DNA of 63,921 nucleotides, counting the filler, from Octopus bimaculoides (taxonomy: Eukaryota): the NCBI RefSeq assembly GCF_001194135.2. It is 9 parts of 7 records of this genome, joined end to end, with 100 filler letters (N's around TTAATTAATTAA, not from the genome) between each part and the next. Parts side by side here need not be neighbours in the genome. Positions count along the whole stretch, not along the records: positions 49,120 to 51,512 come from NC_068985.1; positions 51,613 to 62,531 come from NC_068990.1; positions 62,632 to 63,921 come from NW_026353539.1; 6 more parts are not named here. One strand, 5' to 3'. Positions 50,255 through 62,985 of this stretch are shown here, in pieces. Position 1 is the stretch's first letter. The number at the start of each line of letters is the position of its first letter. The translations under genes and the position numbers were made by a program. The notes beneath the pieces were generated by a model that searched no databases, was not told where the DNA came from, and saw nothing but the letters and a program-made list of their open reading frames with translations.

Positions 50255-50995
50255 CACTGGGGGACACTTATTTTATTGAATGATATCTGACACTTGATTC
50301 TAAGTAATTTGGGTGTTCTGAGTACGAATTTCGACTGTTTGGCTCAATGAAGTCCTGATTCTTGTCAGCAGCCTATGTGCCATTTTCCAGATTTTTCAAA
50401 TTAGGACCAAGAAATTAAGTCCTGTGTTCAAATTTATTTTCAAGTTTCATGAATATAAACAGTTCAGCCCTACTGTAAAATTACATTATAACTATAGAAA
50501 TGCTTTAAATTAAAAAGAATAGAGATATAAAGCTTTCACTCTGATAGAAATTTTCTTTTATAAGATTTTCTTGCATATTTACTTGTTGATGGCAGGTCTC
50601 TTTTCAAACACCAACAGTAATCATCCATCATGTGGGAATCCCAGCATCCTTGGTACTGTTCTCCATAATTTTGATATCTTGGTGGAATCTCTCCCCTTGT
50701 TCATCACTTACTGCACCTAAATTACTTGAAAATTGGTCAAGATGGCTATTTAAAAAAATGCATTTTTACGTTCATATTGAAACCTAGCTCTTTGTAGTCC
50801 CTTAAAAGTTTTTTTTTATGATTTCTTCGTAGTTATCTGCCCTATATTTGCCTAAAAACTTTTCTATTAAGTCCACAAATGAGAACCAGACATTATTTTG
50901 TGTTCGTTCATGACTTTAGGAAAATCGCAGTCTTTAATTAATGTTCTTATTTGTGGACTGTTGAAAATTCCAGCCTTGATTTTTTATTTTCCAAG
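50255..50995 (-). mobile_element. CMC-superfamily (Chapaev-like) DNA transposon 3' end
   Basis: FLGKYRADNYEEI...MNVKMHFLNSHLDQFSSNLGAVSDEQGERFHQDIKIME...HMMDDYCWCLKRD; terminus CACTGGGGGAC at 50255. Confidence 0.72.
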
Positions 50996-50997
50996 TT

Positions 50998-51192
50998 TAT
51001 TCTTTTACTTGTTTCAGTCATCTGACTGTGGCCATATTGGAGCACCACCTTTAGTTGAATGAACTGACTCCAGGACTTATTCTTTGTAAGCCTAGTACTT
51101 ATTCTATTGGACTCTTTTGCTGAGCTGCTAAGTTATGGGGATGTAAACACTCCAACATTAGTTGTCAAGCAATAGTGGTGGGGACAAACACA

Positions 51193-51261
<69 letters not shown>

Positions 51262-51400
51262 GCGACAGGCTTCTTTCAGTTTCTGTCTACCAAATCCACT
51301 CACAAGGCTTTGGTCGGCCCAAGGTACTACACTGTGGGGCTGAACTCAGAACCATGTGGTTGGGAAGAAAGCTTCTTACCACAAAGCCACTCCTGCGCCT
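50998..51400 (-). mobile_element. Family C CORE-type SINE with internal (CA)n
   Basis: Tail, (CA)n at about 51190-51258, head ACCATGTGGTTGGGAAGAAAGCTTCTTACCACAAAGCCACTCC. Confidence 0.85.
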
Positions 51401-51639
51401 ATGTATTCATTTGAAGTTATGTTTTTGAAACGCCGCCTTTTGTAACTAAAGCTTTTACATATTGTTTAATGAGGCCTAGTTTGATATGCTGAGGAGGAAA
51501 TATGATTTTATCNNNNNNNNNNNNNNNNNNNNNNNNNNNNNNNNNNNNNNNNNNNNTTAATTAATTAANNNNNNNNNNNNNNNNNNNNNNNNNNNNNNNN
51601 NNNNNNNNNNNNTATATATATATATATATATATGAAGGT

Positions 51640-51956
51640 ATTTGTGTCTGTGTTTGTCTCCCAACATCGCTTGACAACCGATGCTGGTGCATTTACGTCC
51701 TTGCAGCCTAGCGGTTCAGCCTAAGCGACCGATCGAATAAGTACTAGGCTTACAAAGAATAAGTTCTGGGGTCAATTTGCTCGAATAAAGGCCGCAGTCA
51801 AATGACTGAGACAAATAAAAGAATAAAGAAAAAAGAATATATATAAGTACTAGGCTTACAAAGAATAAGTCCTGGGGTCGATTTGCTCGACTAAAGGAGG
51901 TGCTCCAGCACGGCCACAGTCAAATGACTGAAACAAGTAAAAGAGTAAAAGAGTAA
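51640..51956 (+). mobile_element. Family C SINE tail with partial tail duplication
   Basis: TAAGTACTAGGCTTACAAAGAATAAG...GTCAAATGACTGA occurs twice (about 51738 and 51845). Confidence 0.8.
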
Positions 51957-51998
51957 TATACATAAATACATACATATATACATACATACATACACACA

Positions 51999-52038
<40 letters not shown>

Positions 52039-52070
52039 ATAGACAGACAGACAAATAGACAGACTGACAA

Positions 52071-52127
<57 letters not shown>

Positions 52128-52531
52128 AAGACAGACAGACAGACGGACAGACGTATGCATACACAAATATTAGTATATGCGATATAGAATTTGTATCAGA
52201 GAACCTATTATGCTGAAGATGAAGCAGTGGTCTATTTATGTTCTTAAGAAACTGACTTGGTGGAAGGGAAAAGTACTAATGTGNNNNNNNNNNNNNNNNN
52301 NNNNNNNNNNNNNNNNNNNNNNNNNNNNNNNNNNNNNNNNNNNNNNNNNNNNNNNNNNNNNNNNNNNNNNNNNNNNNNNNNNNNNNNNNNNNNNNNNNNN
52401 NNNNNNNNNNNNNNNNNNNNNNNNNNNNNNNNNNNNNNNNNNNNNNNNNNNNNNNNNNNNNNNNNNNNNNNNNNNNNNNNNNNNNNNNNNNNNNNNNNNN
52501 NNNNNNNNNNNNNNNNNNNNNNNNNNNNNNN

Positions 52532-52581
<50 letters not shown>

Positions 52582-52919
52582 GAATGATCTTAAAGTGAAA
52601 GGGCTAGAAAGGACGAGGGTGGTGTATTGTAAGAGATTTGTAAGGGAAAGAAAAGTAACCAGAGTGGGGTAGGTTAGAGTGGGGATTTAGCCATATGTCT
52701 CGTCTGCCCAATTTATTGCTTTTTAAAGTCATTATACGATTTTATGACAATCTTGAAGCTAGATGTATAATAAAAGAGAACCACTAATGCTCTGTTTGTT
52801 CTAACTAGTTTATGTGTCGATTTTTATTCACCTATTATAAATATTTTTGACCTCAAGCTCCATGATCTTACATTTCCTAGTTTCGGTAAATTAAACTTAA
52901 GTGCTTTTCAATTATGCAG

Positions 52920-52995
52920 GTTTTGCACTCGAAACAAATTTCTTGGTGGATTCCATTTACTGAAAACTACAGCGAAGATCATTGAGATTTTAAAA
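52920..52995 (+). CDS. Putative 76-nt exon (FCTRNKFLGGFHLLKTTAKIIEILK)
   Basis: GTGCTTTTCAATTATGCAG acceptor and AAA|GTAATG donor; open frame; lies in non-repetitive DNA. Confidence 0.3.
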
Positions 52996-55089
52996 GTAAT
53001 GTTTAATTAATTATGAGATGCCAATATAATTTAAATCATATGTATTCCTTTACATAAATTGCAAACGAAACTTAAAATGATAAATCAGCCGGAGAAATTT
53101 TGTTTTAATTATCCTTGGATAGCGAAAATAAATAAAAATCTTCTAATGCATTAAGGGAAAATATCAACACATGTAAGAAGAATTTCGAAACTGAATTAAT
53201 ATTTAAGACAGGTCGACTTGAAGGAAGGTTGGAATCGGTTTTCTACAAATCGAGAAAGAAATAATACCCGCATTATAAATAGAAATAAAAAAATTAATTT
53301 CGTCTTATAAGAAATGTTATTTATAACATAGAAAGTTTCAAGTTGGATTGAGGCAAAGTTGAAAAGAAATTTAAAGAAACAAAAATAGTTCCAATTTTAG
53401 ATAAGTCAGAAGTGAATATTTATATAATATATAATATTGTACATAATTATTTGAAATAACTAGCCATTAGAAATATAACTAAACTACCTTTTCTAATTCA
53501 TAACGGAAAAGACATTGCTATACATTACAGACAATAGTTCATAACATTTACATTTCTTACGAATATAAAAATGAAGATTTTATAGCTCGTAGAAAAATAT
53601 TTTGATAAAAGAAAAGGTAGTGCAGAGTGGCTTAAACCGACGTTGTAAGATACTGAAATATTATTTATGAATAACGAAATCACCGAAAGGAACTTTTAGG
53701 AATCGTAGAAACCTTTCGTTTCCTATATTGCGACTCTGATCGAGACACTCTTTAACAATAAAACTGAATAATTTGATTTGAATAGTTCATGTAATTGCTG
53801 AACCAGTAAGTTCACGGTTTAACTCACACTTTATGTTTATTAACTTACATTTTTATGAAGAAGGCAAATTGGTATATATTCTTTTGTCTGGTTTATTTAT
53901 GGGGTTCATAACTAACAGTTTCTAACTCTCACCTACAACTTATGCCTCGATACGACCATATACCTTCCTATATATGCACAACTATTCTGCCTGTGTGTTT
54001 CATTAAGAACTACTTTTGCAAACGGAAATTATGCTGTTTGATAATTTATGATTGCAATAATTACATGAACATCGTGACAACAATATTTATGATCTAGAAG
54101 AAGCATTTCTGGAAGCTGTCATACTTTATAAGAGGTTCAAGTTGATTCGTCCAGATCACTTATCCCATTTTCTTTATTTTTCATTACTCCAATATCTCTA
54201 CTTTAGAATGACTTAAATATAAATCTATCAAAACACTTATAGAGTGACATATATTCTTTGTAATCTTCAACTTAATTCTAAATATCAACAACCTAAAGTA
54301 ATTCATTGTAGCCTTAAAGATATACTTTGACCTGACACTAAAGAAAACGAAACGAAATATGATTGTTGCGCATTCTAACAGTTTTCTTGTCACTTAAAAT
54401 GGATCGTATTCAAGTCTCACACCTGTTCACAATTTTCACTATAACTCAAACTCTTAAATATCGGGCATCATATTTAATTTAGTTGTTTATAGATTTATTT
54501 CTAAGTATTTCGAAAATGTTTTTTCTTACAAGCTGCAAATTTTGATATATCGTTTAGTAGAGTTTAGTTTAAAACTTTACTTGTTTTAGAGGATTATATA
54601 TTTTCGCATATTAACATCTGCTAAACAACAATATTTCTGCCATTATAAAAGTAAAACTTCCGTAATTTCTGTATATAGTATTGAAATTTGTGTCACTTTA
54701 ATTCCTTTCTGTTAGAATTTTTTCGTTTTAAAATATGAATATACATAATTTATTGAAATAGCTAAGTTTTCAGCGAAAATGACACAAAAGAATACCTGAC
54801 CAAAACTTGGAATTATAGTTTCATGATACTTCAAATGATAATAGAATTTTCAGTTCTATACAGCACAGTGAATTACATAAATCACTGAGATGATTACGCT
54901 GCCAAGCAGTTTATTTTAGAGCTACGGAACTCCAAGTTTAATTCTGCCTTGTAGAAATTTCGACATATGTCTTCAATTATTGCTTCAGGTTGTCCAACAC
55001 TTTGTGAGTGAAATTTGGAAACCATAACAGTGCGAAAGCTTTTGATATCACTCCAGTTAACGTTCTCCATCTTCGATAACTTTCTTTAT

Positions 55090-56030
55090 TACCGCCACAT
55101 CATAATCTCCATTGACCATTCCACGCTCTTCTTGTTCACCCCTGTCTTCTACAAGCCTACCAACTCTCACTCCTAACATGACTTCTCACACTCCATTCAG
55201 AACAAGCACTCCATTGCCTATTCCCAGTTCCTCCGACTGCAGTGCCTCTGCAGCAGTAAACACGACTTCGAGATGCAGATCCAATATCTGACCCACCACT
55301 TCGTTCGATGTAGTTACTCACCCTCCTTATCCATTTTTGCTCTTTCCCGCGCCTGTGCTATTGATCAAACCTAGAGCACTAATACGTCTTATCCAGAATC
55401 CCACCCACTGCATTCCCTTTCTTCTTATCAGCCACCCTATTACCTTGCCTCTGCAACACACCATTCTTCACCACTTCCACAGCTTCCACTCTGACCCTGC
55501 GTCATCCTGTTTCCCTCTTCCACCCATTCCTTCTTTCAAGCATACCTGCAAACTTTACAGATTAATCGCCCAAACCCTCTCCTTCCAAACACTTCGTCCC
55601 TCTTCTGCATCCTATCCTTGGTCTTCTTTCCGCCTACCAAGCTGTCCTTCCTTTTCCAACACCACTACTTTTAGTGGACCTAACCACTGCACCATTTGCA
55701 TTAGTAATCTAATATAGCCACTCTAATGTTCCCTCTACAGTTTTAACTACATCGGGCAAATCGACTGCAGATTGCCTGGCAGCCTCACAGAACATCTCAA
55801 GGACACATGACTTAGCAACGCGTCGCTTGTCTCTCGACATTTCTGCTTCATTAACTATTCCGCTCTCAAGACTTAGTTTCTTGCGTAACTACCATCCTTG
55901 GAGTCCCCCGCTCTTCTCCAGAGGAAGTAGCAACTCACTTTCTCTCTTCAAACTGATACGCCTTTCCGCTCCATTTCTCCCTATCAATTATTTTAACCGC
56001 TTTTTTTCCTCTCCTACCCACTCATTATAA
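55090..56030 (+). mobile_element. Decayed Penelope-like element: RT thumb plus GIY-YIG endonuclease
   Basis: VFYKPTNSHS, HSIAYSQFLRLQCLCS, FNYIGQIDCRL..SLTEHLKD (degenerate YIG.T.R.L..R..EH). Confidence 0.75.
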
Positions 56031-56469
56031 CCCTCCCTTTTCCTCTCATCCCCTTTCCACACGACTGTCATGTACCCAACATAAACTATTCACATCTACC
56101 TTCAGATTCACCCACATTCTCTCAATACACCTATTTTGATTTCTGGACACTCATACATACACTACACGACCTTATACAACCCACGCATACACACAGCTCA
56201 GATTTTCCACCATTTTGTCACATTGATACCCTCATCCACTCCAGTACGTCAACACATACATACTCACAAACAATCTCGCCAACACATGTGTACACTCCAC
56301 TCACGCATGTCTAAACACAAGCACATACCGATAATTTCCCAGCTTCTGTCTCTCTGAGACATATATAGCCACTAACACTCTGCTTCTCACACACATATAA
56401 ACGCACACCTGAGCTAGAATGCTCACCCAAACCCGCATGTACGCATACTCGCACACACATGCTTTGTAA

Positions 56470-56635
56470 TTCTTTTCTACTCTAGACACAAGGCCCGACA
56501 TTTTTGGGGAGTGGGGTCAGTCAATTAGATCGACTCCAATACGCAATTTATCGTCCCCCGAAAGGATGAAAGGCAAAATCAACTTCGGCAGAATTTGAAC
56601 ACAGAATGTAAAGACAAACGAAATACCGCTAAGCA
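56470..56635 (-). mobile_element. Family B SINE
   Basis: TTTTCTACTCTAGACACAAGGCCCG...GAAAGGATGAAAGGCAAA. Confidence 0.8.
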
Positions 56636-57123
56636 GATCGGGCTCACAATTTTCTTCAGGTCGAGTAGCCCTTCCCGCTAAAAAGGTCTCTCAATAAGGG
56701 ATGTTTAAGGATGTTGAATGAAACACCCATGATTCCAGAGGCGAATTATCCAAACTCCATAGAATTCCTCTCAACACATGACTATGATTCTCCCCAACTA
56801 CTTCTGCTTGTGATCAGAGATGCACATATCGTCAGCCACTAAGAGACATGTTCAACTGGTTAAGGTCAAACAACTGACAACCAAATCTGTGGTATTGAGA
56901 AGATATTTGCTGTAGCCCATCTATTCTACCAAGGCAAAACATGTACATGATATCACTTCCAAGCAGTTAAGATCAGAAGCCATGAGAGCCAGTGCGTGGT
57001 ATTACATCAGGGCATTATATTAGTAGTAGTAGTAGTAGTAGTATTTCCATTTTACTTTTCAGAGTACTCTGTTAATTCTGTGAGAACGGACAACTTCTTG
57101 TCAAAGATCTCACAGGATCTACT

Positions 57124-57302
57124 TCCTCTTCTTCTTCTTCTTCTTCTTCTTCTTCTTCTTCTTCTTCTTCTTCTTCTTCTTCTTCTTGTCCTTGTTCTTG
57201 TTGTTGTTGTTGTTCTTCTTCTTCTTCTTCTTCTTCTTCTCCTTCTTCTTCTTCTTCTTCTTCTTCTTCTTCTTCCTCCTCCTCCTCCTCCTCCTCCTCC
57301 TC
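57124..57302. repeat. Compound (CTT)n-(GTT)n-(CTT)n-(CCT)n trinucleotide array
   Basis: Direct reading. Confidence 0.95.
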
Positions 57303-58199
57303 CCACTTCTATCTACGGGTGAAACAATTTACCAGATCAATTGTTTGTGGGTCCCGCTGTCTCTTTGACTTGAGTAATGATGAGGATAAGGATGAGATTT
57401 TATACTCTTGCAGGCTGTAACAACAGCGACGGCGAAGACAATGACTCGACGAAGGAACCTGTTCACCCTTAAATCACACCCTACTGTCTTTAAAATGGAT
57501 GAAGTACATCAGACAAAATGGTTTTAGATATCATAAATTTGGAATGTCACTGGATGGGCATGACTGAAATAGATGAGTTATGATTGATTGGAAGCCGCAT
57601 AACCAATGCATTTTTTTACATCATACTCACAAGAAACTTAATTCAAGAATACGTCAATGTATCGCGTCTGTATTACCAGTAACAAGGTCCAGTCTCGAGT
57701 TATATATTAATTAATTTATTATCTATCTATTTATCTATCTGTCGGTTTGTCTGCCTCTATATCTACGCGTCCATCTATCAGCATAAATACCTACCTTCCT
57801 TTGTCACATCATCTGTACATATGGTTAAACCTTAAAAGCTAGACCAGGAACAAAACTTTTATTATCTGTTAAATTATTCAGGCATTCTTTGATATTTTTT
57901 CGATATCCCATAATTTTATGTAATATCAGTGTCTCTTACTGTTATAAATCTCATTTAACTACAAAGACAGCGTATCCACAACTTATCTCGGGCAATAATG
58001 TTACATATGACTATGTATTTCGTTAGCTCCCCGTATTAGTTTAAATTCTAACTGCCAGCATAAGCAATGTGAAACTACACTAGTACTGAACTTCTGACAA
58101 GTTTTGTAGGCCACTTTGCGCATGTCTTTAGATCTGGAGGACTTGAACGCATATGTCACAGAAAGGTAAAGGCCTCCTTCGATCATGAACAGCAGTAGG

Positions 58200-58497
58200 G
58201 TAACACATAGAAATTTACCCTCCGAGGCTCAAGTCTAGACAAGTTTGGTTTTATGGAAAACCAACAATCGCCCATGCATAGAAGCCTCTCCACGCCACCT
58301 GTGTTATCCAAGAGAAAGGCAAAGGCCGATGCAGCTTGGCACCAGTGACGTCACAACTCATTTCTGCAGCTGAATGAACGGGAGCAACGGGAAAATAAAG
58401 TGTCTTGCGCAAGAACAAAACACACAGCTCGGTCCGGGAATCGAATTCCCTACCTCATGATTGTGAACCCGACACTCTAACCAGTGAGCCAAGCCAC
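58200..58497 (-). mobile_element. tRNA/CORE-type SINE (family D)
   Basis: Minus strand GGCTCACTGGTTAGAGTG...TTCGATTCCCGGACCG...TTCTTGCGCAAGACACTTTATTT. Confidence 0.7.
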
Positions 58498-58544
58498 AAC
58501 ACACGCAATATTCTTTTCTACTCAAGCTGGATTTTGTCTGTCAT

Positions 58545-58690
58545 CACGTTCTGAGTTCAAAATCCAGCGAGTTTGACATTTGCCTTTTACCCTTTCGTGA
58601 TCGATAAAATAAGTAGCAAATGAACACTGGGGTCGATGTAATTGATTTACTCTCCATCCTCGACATCGCTGGCTTTGTGCCAAAATTTGA
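58545..58690 (+). mobile_element. Family B SINE, diverged and 5'-truncated
   Basis: TTCTGAGTTCAAAA...TTTGCCTTTTACCCTTTCGTGATCGATAAAATAAGT. Confidence 0.7.
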
Positions 58691-59522
58691 TTTCAGTATT
58701 AACCACAGGTTAATACTCGACCACAGTATGTCATTGGACCGTTGATGATTCCATTGTGCAGTCATTCAGCTTGCTCATAATAGCTGAAAAATCTTCGTTA
58801 AATCACGTCCGAATATTTGAAAATAGAAATAGCAAGTTAAATAATGTAGTCGCAGAGAGCCATAAAACTACAAGATGGCCACGATTGGAATATCTGCTGA
58901 ATCTCAGTGATCTCGTGCTAAACTTCAAGACCATGAAGTCAACAAAAGAGCCTTTGACCTACAAGAAATAGCAGCCACTTCTCTTTAAACTAACATCCTG
59001 TGCTTTTTCTTTTAAAGGATGAAACATTGAATTAGACGATCCCGAATACATTTGGGAAAATATGCGACGCTCAGATTGAAAAGGCTATAATCATAGATCA
59101 GGCCAACCGTGGGTTAAACAACCTTTCATTTTTATCAAGCATCTTACCTGTTTTATCCCCTTCATTTCCTTACCCGGTCTTTTCCCCACCTTTCCCTCGC
59201 TCTCTCGTTTGCTCGCTCACTGCGTTCCGTACTTATTTTCTGTCACTAACAATATATGCTTAATGTTTTGACTTTTCTCCCCTCCCATAATTCGTTACTG
59301 AATACTTAAACCTGTTTTTATCCCCCTTAAACTGTCATCTCCTTTTACTCTTACGGTATAACTATTACTCTTTTCTATCTAAATCGTTGCCACTCTAACA
59401 ACATTCCACCCACTCTCGGGTATTTATCTCATTACATGTCACTTACAGCTCGTCTAAACGAATATTTAACAAATGTTGAAAATAAGTATTTATTACATTC
59501 GTCACAAATTCAATCTCACTTT

Positions 59523-59554
<32 letters not shown>

Positions 59555-60693
59555 CTNNNNNNNNNNNNNNNNNNNNNNNNNNNNNNNNNNNNNNNNNNNN
59601 NNNNNNNNNNNNNNNNNNNNNNNNNNNNNNNNNNNNNNNNNNNNNNNNNNNNNNNNTTTTTCCTTCAGAGCTGTCGTAAAAACTACACGTATCCTATCTA
59701 TATCTCTCTTCTATCTTTTCAAAGAAAATATTTCTCCAACATTCGCTATTTTACCTTCGTCTGGTATAACGACGCTCCATTTTTGTTTCCGTTCGGTTTC
59801 CTTGTATGTCTCCACTGTCCTGTTTTTGTTACCAACTCTGACCCTCCATAAATCCCGAATTTTATTTGGGCTTTTGTGGGAGCAACTGCCTTCGAAGACT
59901 TATATTGTCGTTCAATTCTCGAAACGAGGAGCAGATGGACAGCCGACAACAGATGAAGTGTCGTTCTTTATGTTACTTGCCCTGTTTTCCATTTTTTTCT
60001 CTTGTTGTTTGCGTATTGAACTCATTTGTATTCGTATTTTATGTTGTTGAGTATTTGGAGTAGAGTATTTTGGAGTAGAATAAGAAAGAAAGTAAGTAAA
60101 AATTTGCTTTTTTCAAACAATTGTCATTGATTGTATTTATTAACAATATCATTATATAAAGGCAGACGGACGCTAGTTTCGATATAATTTGTCTCCTCGG
60201 TGCAGAGGATTGTATTACATTCTATGTGTGCAATTTATGAAGATGGAGCAGAGAAGAAAAACAGAAATGAATTGATAAAACAAAGTAAAAATGTCTTTGA
60301 GATATTTTCAGAGAGCAGTATATAGTTTAAAAATAGAAGTGGTAAACGTTATTCTTTTCGTTTTATTTCCGGTAGGCTGGGGAACAGTTATCAGATATTT
60401 AGATATTAGAGTACAATCCTTATGGAAATATTCGGTTTCAATTGTTTGATGTTTCAACTATTCTGTGTATGCGTATTAGTGGAACACATTAGAAAATGCA
60501 AATATTTATTACTTTCTTTATTTAATTATTTTTCTGTATGCATGTATATATATATATATTTATATATACGACGGGCTTCTTTCAGATTTCTGTCTACCGA
60601 ATCCATTCACCACTCTTTGATCGGCCTTGGGCTATAGTCGGAAGTAAACTTCTTATCACACAACCACATCTGTATCTCAATTTACTAGACAGG

Positions 60694-60873
60694 CCGTGAG
60701 CTGCCAGAAACGTTAGCACGCCGGGCGAAATGCTTTGCGGTAATTCGTCTGCCTTTACGGTCTGAGTTCAAATTCCGTCGAGGGCAACTTTGCCTTTCAT
60801 CATTTCGGGGTCGATAAATTAAGTACCAGTTGCGTACTGGAGCCGATTTCGGGCCTTGTGCTTTGAGTAGAAA
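60694..60873 (+). mobile_element. Family B SINE
   Basis: GAGCTGCCAGAAACGTTAGCACGCCGGGCGAAATG...GCCTTTCATCATTTCGGGGTCGATAAATTAAGTACCAG. Confidence 0.85.
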
Positions 60874-61214
60874 CGAATATACTAGACAGACCGACAGACA
60901 ACTGAGATTGATGACTTGCGATGTACTGATCCTTGTTTATAATACTGCTACTTACCAGAAAACGAAGTAGAATGACATCTATATGTTACTAAAGCCACTC
61001 ACCATAATTTTCTGGACCGATCGAAGGTTCTTTTGTCATTTCTCTTTTTATTTGTTTGAATTATTTATGACCCAAACACTTGACCGTGGGCCGTTCAGAG
61101 ATATTACCGAATTCAATAATTTCTTCGACGTGTGAGAAACAAAATGATTTTGAGTGACAAAAGTGAAAGTGGTGCCCTAAATTCAAGGATTGCTAAATCA
61201 CTGCTTGCTTATTT

Positions 61215-61457
61215 ACTCTCCCTTTTACTCTTTTACTTGTTTCAGTCATTTAACTGCGGCCATGCTGGAGCACCGCCTTTAGTCGAGCAAATCGACCCCA
61301 GGACTTATTCTTTGGAAGCCTAGTACTTATTCTATCGAACTCTTTTGCTGAACCGCTAAGTTACGGGGACGTAAACACACCAGCATCGGTTGTCAAGTGA
61401 TGTTGGGGGGACAAACACAGACACACAAACATATACACACACATACATATATATATT

Positions 61458-61494
<37 letters not shown>

Positions 61495-61640
61495 ATACAA
61501 CAGGCTTCTTTCAGTTTCCGTCTACCAAATCCACTCACAAGGCTTTGGTCGGCCCGAGGCTATAGTAGAAGACACTTGCCCAAGGTGCCACACAGTGGCA
61601 CTGAACCCAGAACCATGTGGTTGGTAAGCCACTCCCGCGC
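61215..61640 (-). mobile_element. Full-length family C CORE-type SINE with internal (TA)(TG)n
   Basis: High identity to 10441-10854. Confidence 0.9.
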
Positions 61641-62069
61641 CTATTTATTTATTTATTTATTTATTTATTTCAACTTATACAATTTTCATGAATATCCTAT
61701 CCATATGAATACTTTTTAGCATATAAATCAGGAACACTAATATATTCAGATAATTCCGTAATGTGCAACTGGCTTACACGTATCAACTGACTGTCACGCT
61801 GCATTGGCTTCGTTTCTTTCCATCCCAACCGGTTCACAAGACAGTTTTTATAATCGTGTAATGACAAAAGATAAAGGAGAAGTAAAACGCCAGAAAGAGG
61901 AAGCCTACGTAGTGGCTTTGAGCTTTGTTGTGTTGTGAATATAGAATAAGGAGGTTAAAGAAGCACCGCTTGGATGCGATGATATTTTTGTTAAAAACGA
62001 TAACTTACGCTATTAACAGAAAAAAAACTTATCCAACAAGATAAGCAACCCAGTGAACTTGAGGGCCAA

Positions 62070-62077
62070 GGGGCACA

Positions 62078-62118
<41 letters not shown>

Positions 62119-62202
62119 ATGTATATGTGTATATATATGTGCATATATGAATATGTATATATAAATATATGTATAATATATATTATATAAATATATAAAT
62201 TT

Positions 62203-62251
<49 letters not shown>

Positions 62252-62479
62252 CACATATATATACAAATATATATATATGTATATATAATATATATTATTT
62301 ATACATATATATGTCATTATATGTAAATTATATATATATGCTAAAAATCATGTATATACCTTTATATATGTATGTCTGCGTATTATATAGTATATGATGC
62401 ACGAATAAATATAAATACATAGTAAAATATACACACATGCATAAATATATATATATATGTATATAAATATGTGTATATG

Positions 62480-62531
<52 letters not shown>
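62070..62531. repeat. Long degenerate (TG)n/(TA)n microsatellite block
   Basis: Direct reading. Confidence 0.9.
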
Positions 62532-62631
62532 NNNNNNNNNNNNNNNNNNNNNNNNNNNNNNNNNNNNNNNNNNNNTTAATTAATTAANNNNNNNNNNNNN
62601 NNNNNNNNNNNNNNNNNNNNNNNNNNNNNNN

Positions 62632-62985
62632 TCTATATTTCCTAATTCGATTACACGGTGGGTTTATGTTCATGGTTGGTGCTTTAGGCGGTTTATAATT
62701 TAACTTATTAACATAGGATATTCTCTGGGAGTACCCAGCGTTAGAGAGGTCTTGATTGTAATGATGGGCATGTTCCTTGAAAATCTTTTCATTCGGGGAT
62801 AGTCTAGTTAGTCTGTCCAAAACAGCCTGGACAGTTGTGTTAATTATAGAGGGGGGTGATTGGAAAGCGTGTTAATGTAACTAGTGGTTTCTTCTAGTTT
62901 CCTGTACGGGTGGTGGAGTCCTTCATCTAAGTCTAGTGTAGCATCTAAAAAATTAACAATCTTAGAGTTAGTCATAAATTCATAT
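62632..62985 (-). mobile_element. Penelope-like element RT C-terminal fragment
   Basis: KIVNFLDATLDL....HPYRK....SYIN..SNHP, then DRLTRLSPNEKIFKEHAHHYNQDLSNAGY. Confidence 0.8.

Noticed and set aside
56996-57368. Poly-Leu/poly-Pro and poly-Arg ORFs
   Set aside because: Translations of the (CTT)n/(CCT)n array.
60161-60210. Hammerhead-like string on the minus strand (CCGAGGA...GAAACTAGCGTC)
   Set aside because: U4 is replaced by C, stem II has only 2 bp and stem I does not pair; at best a dead relic.
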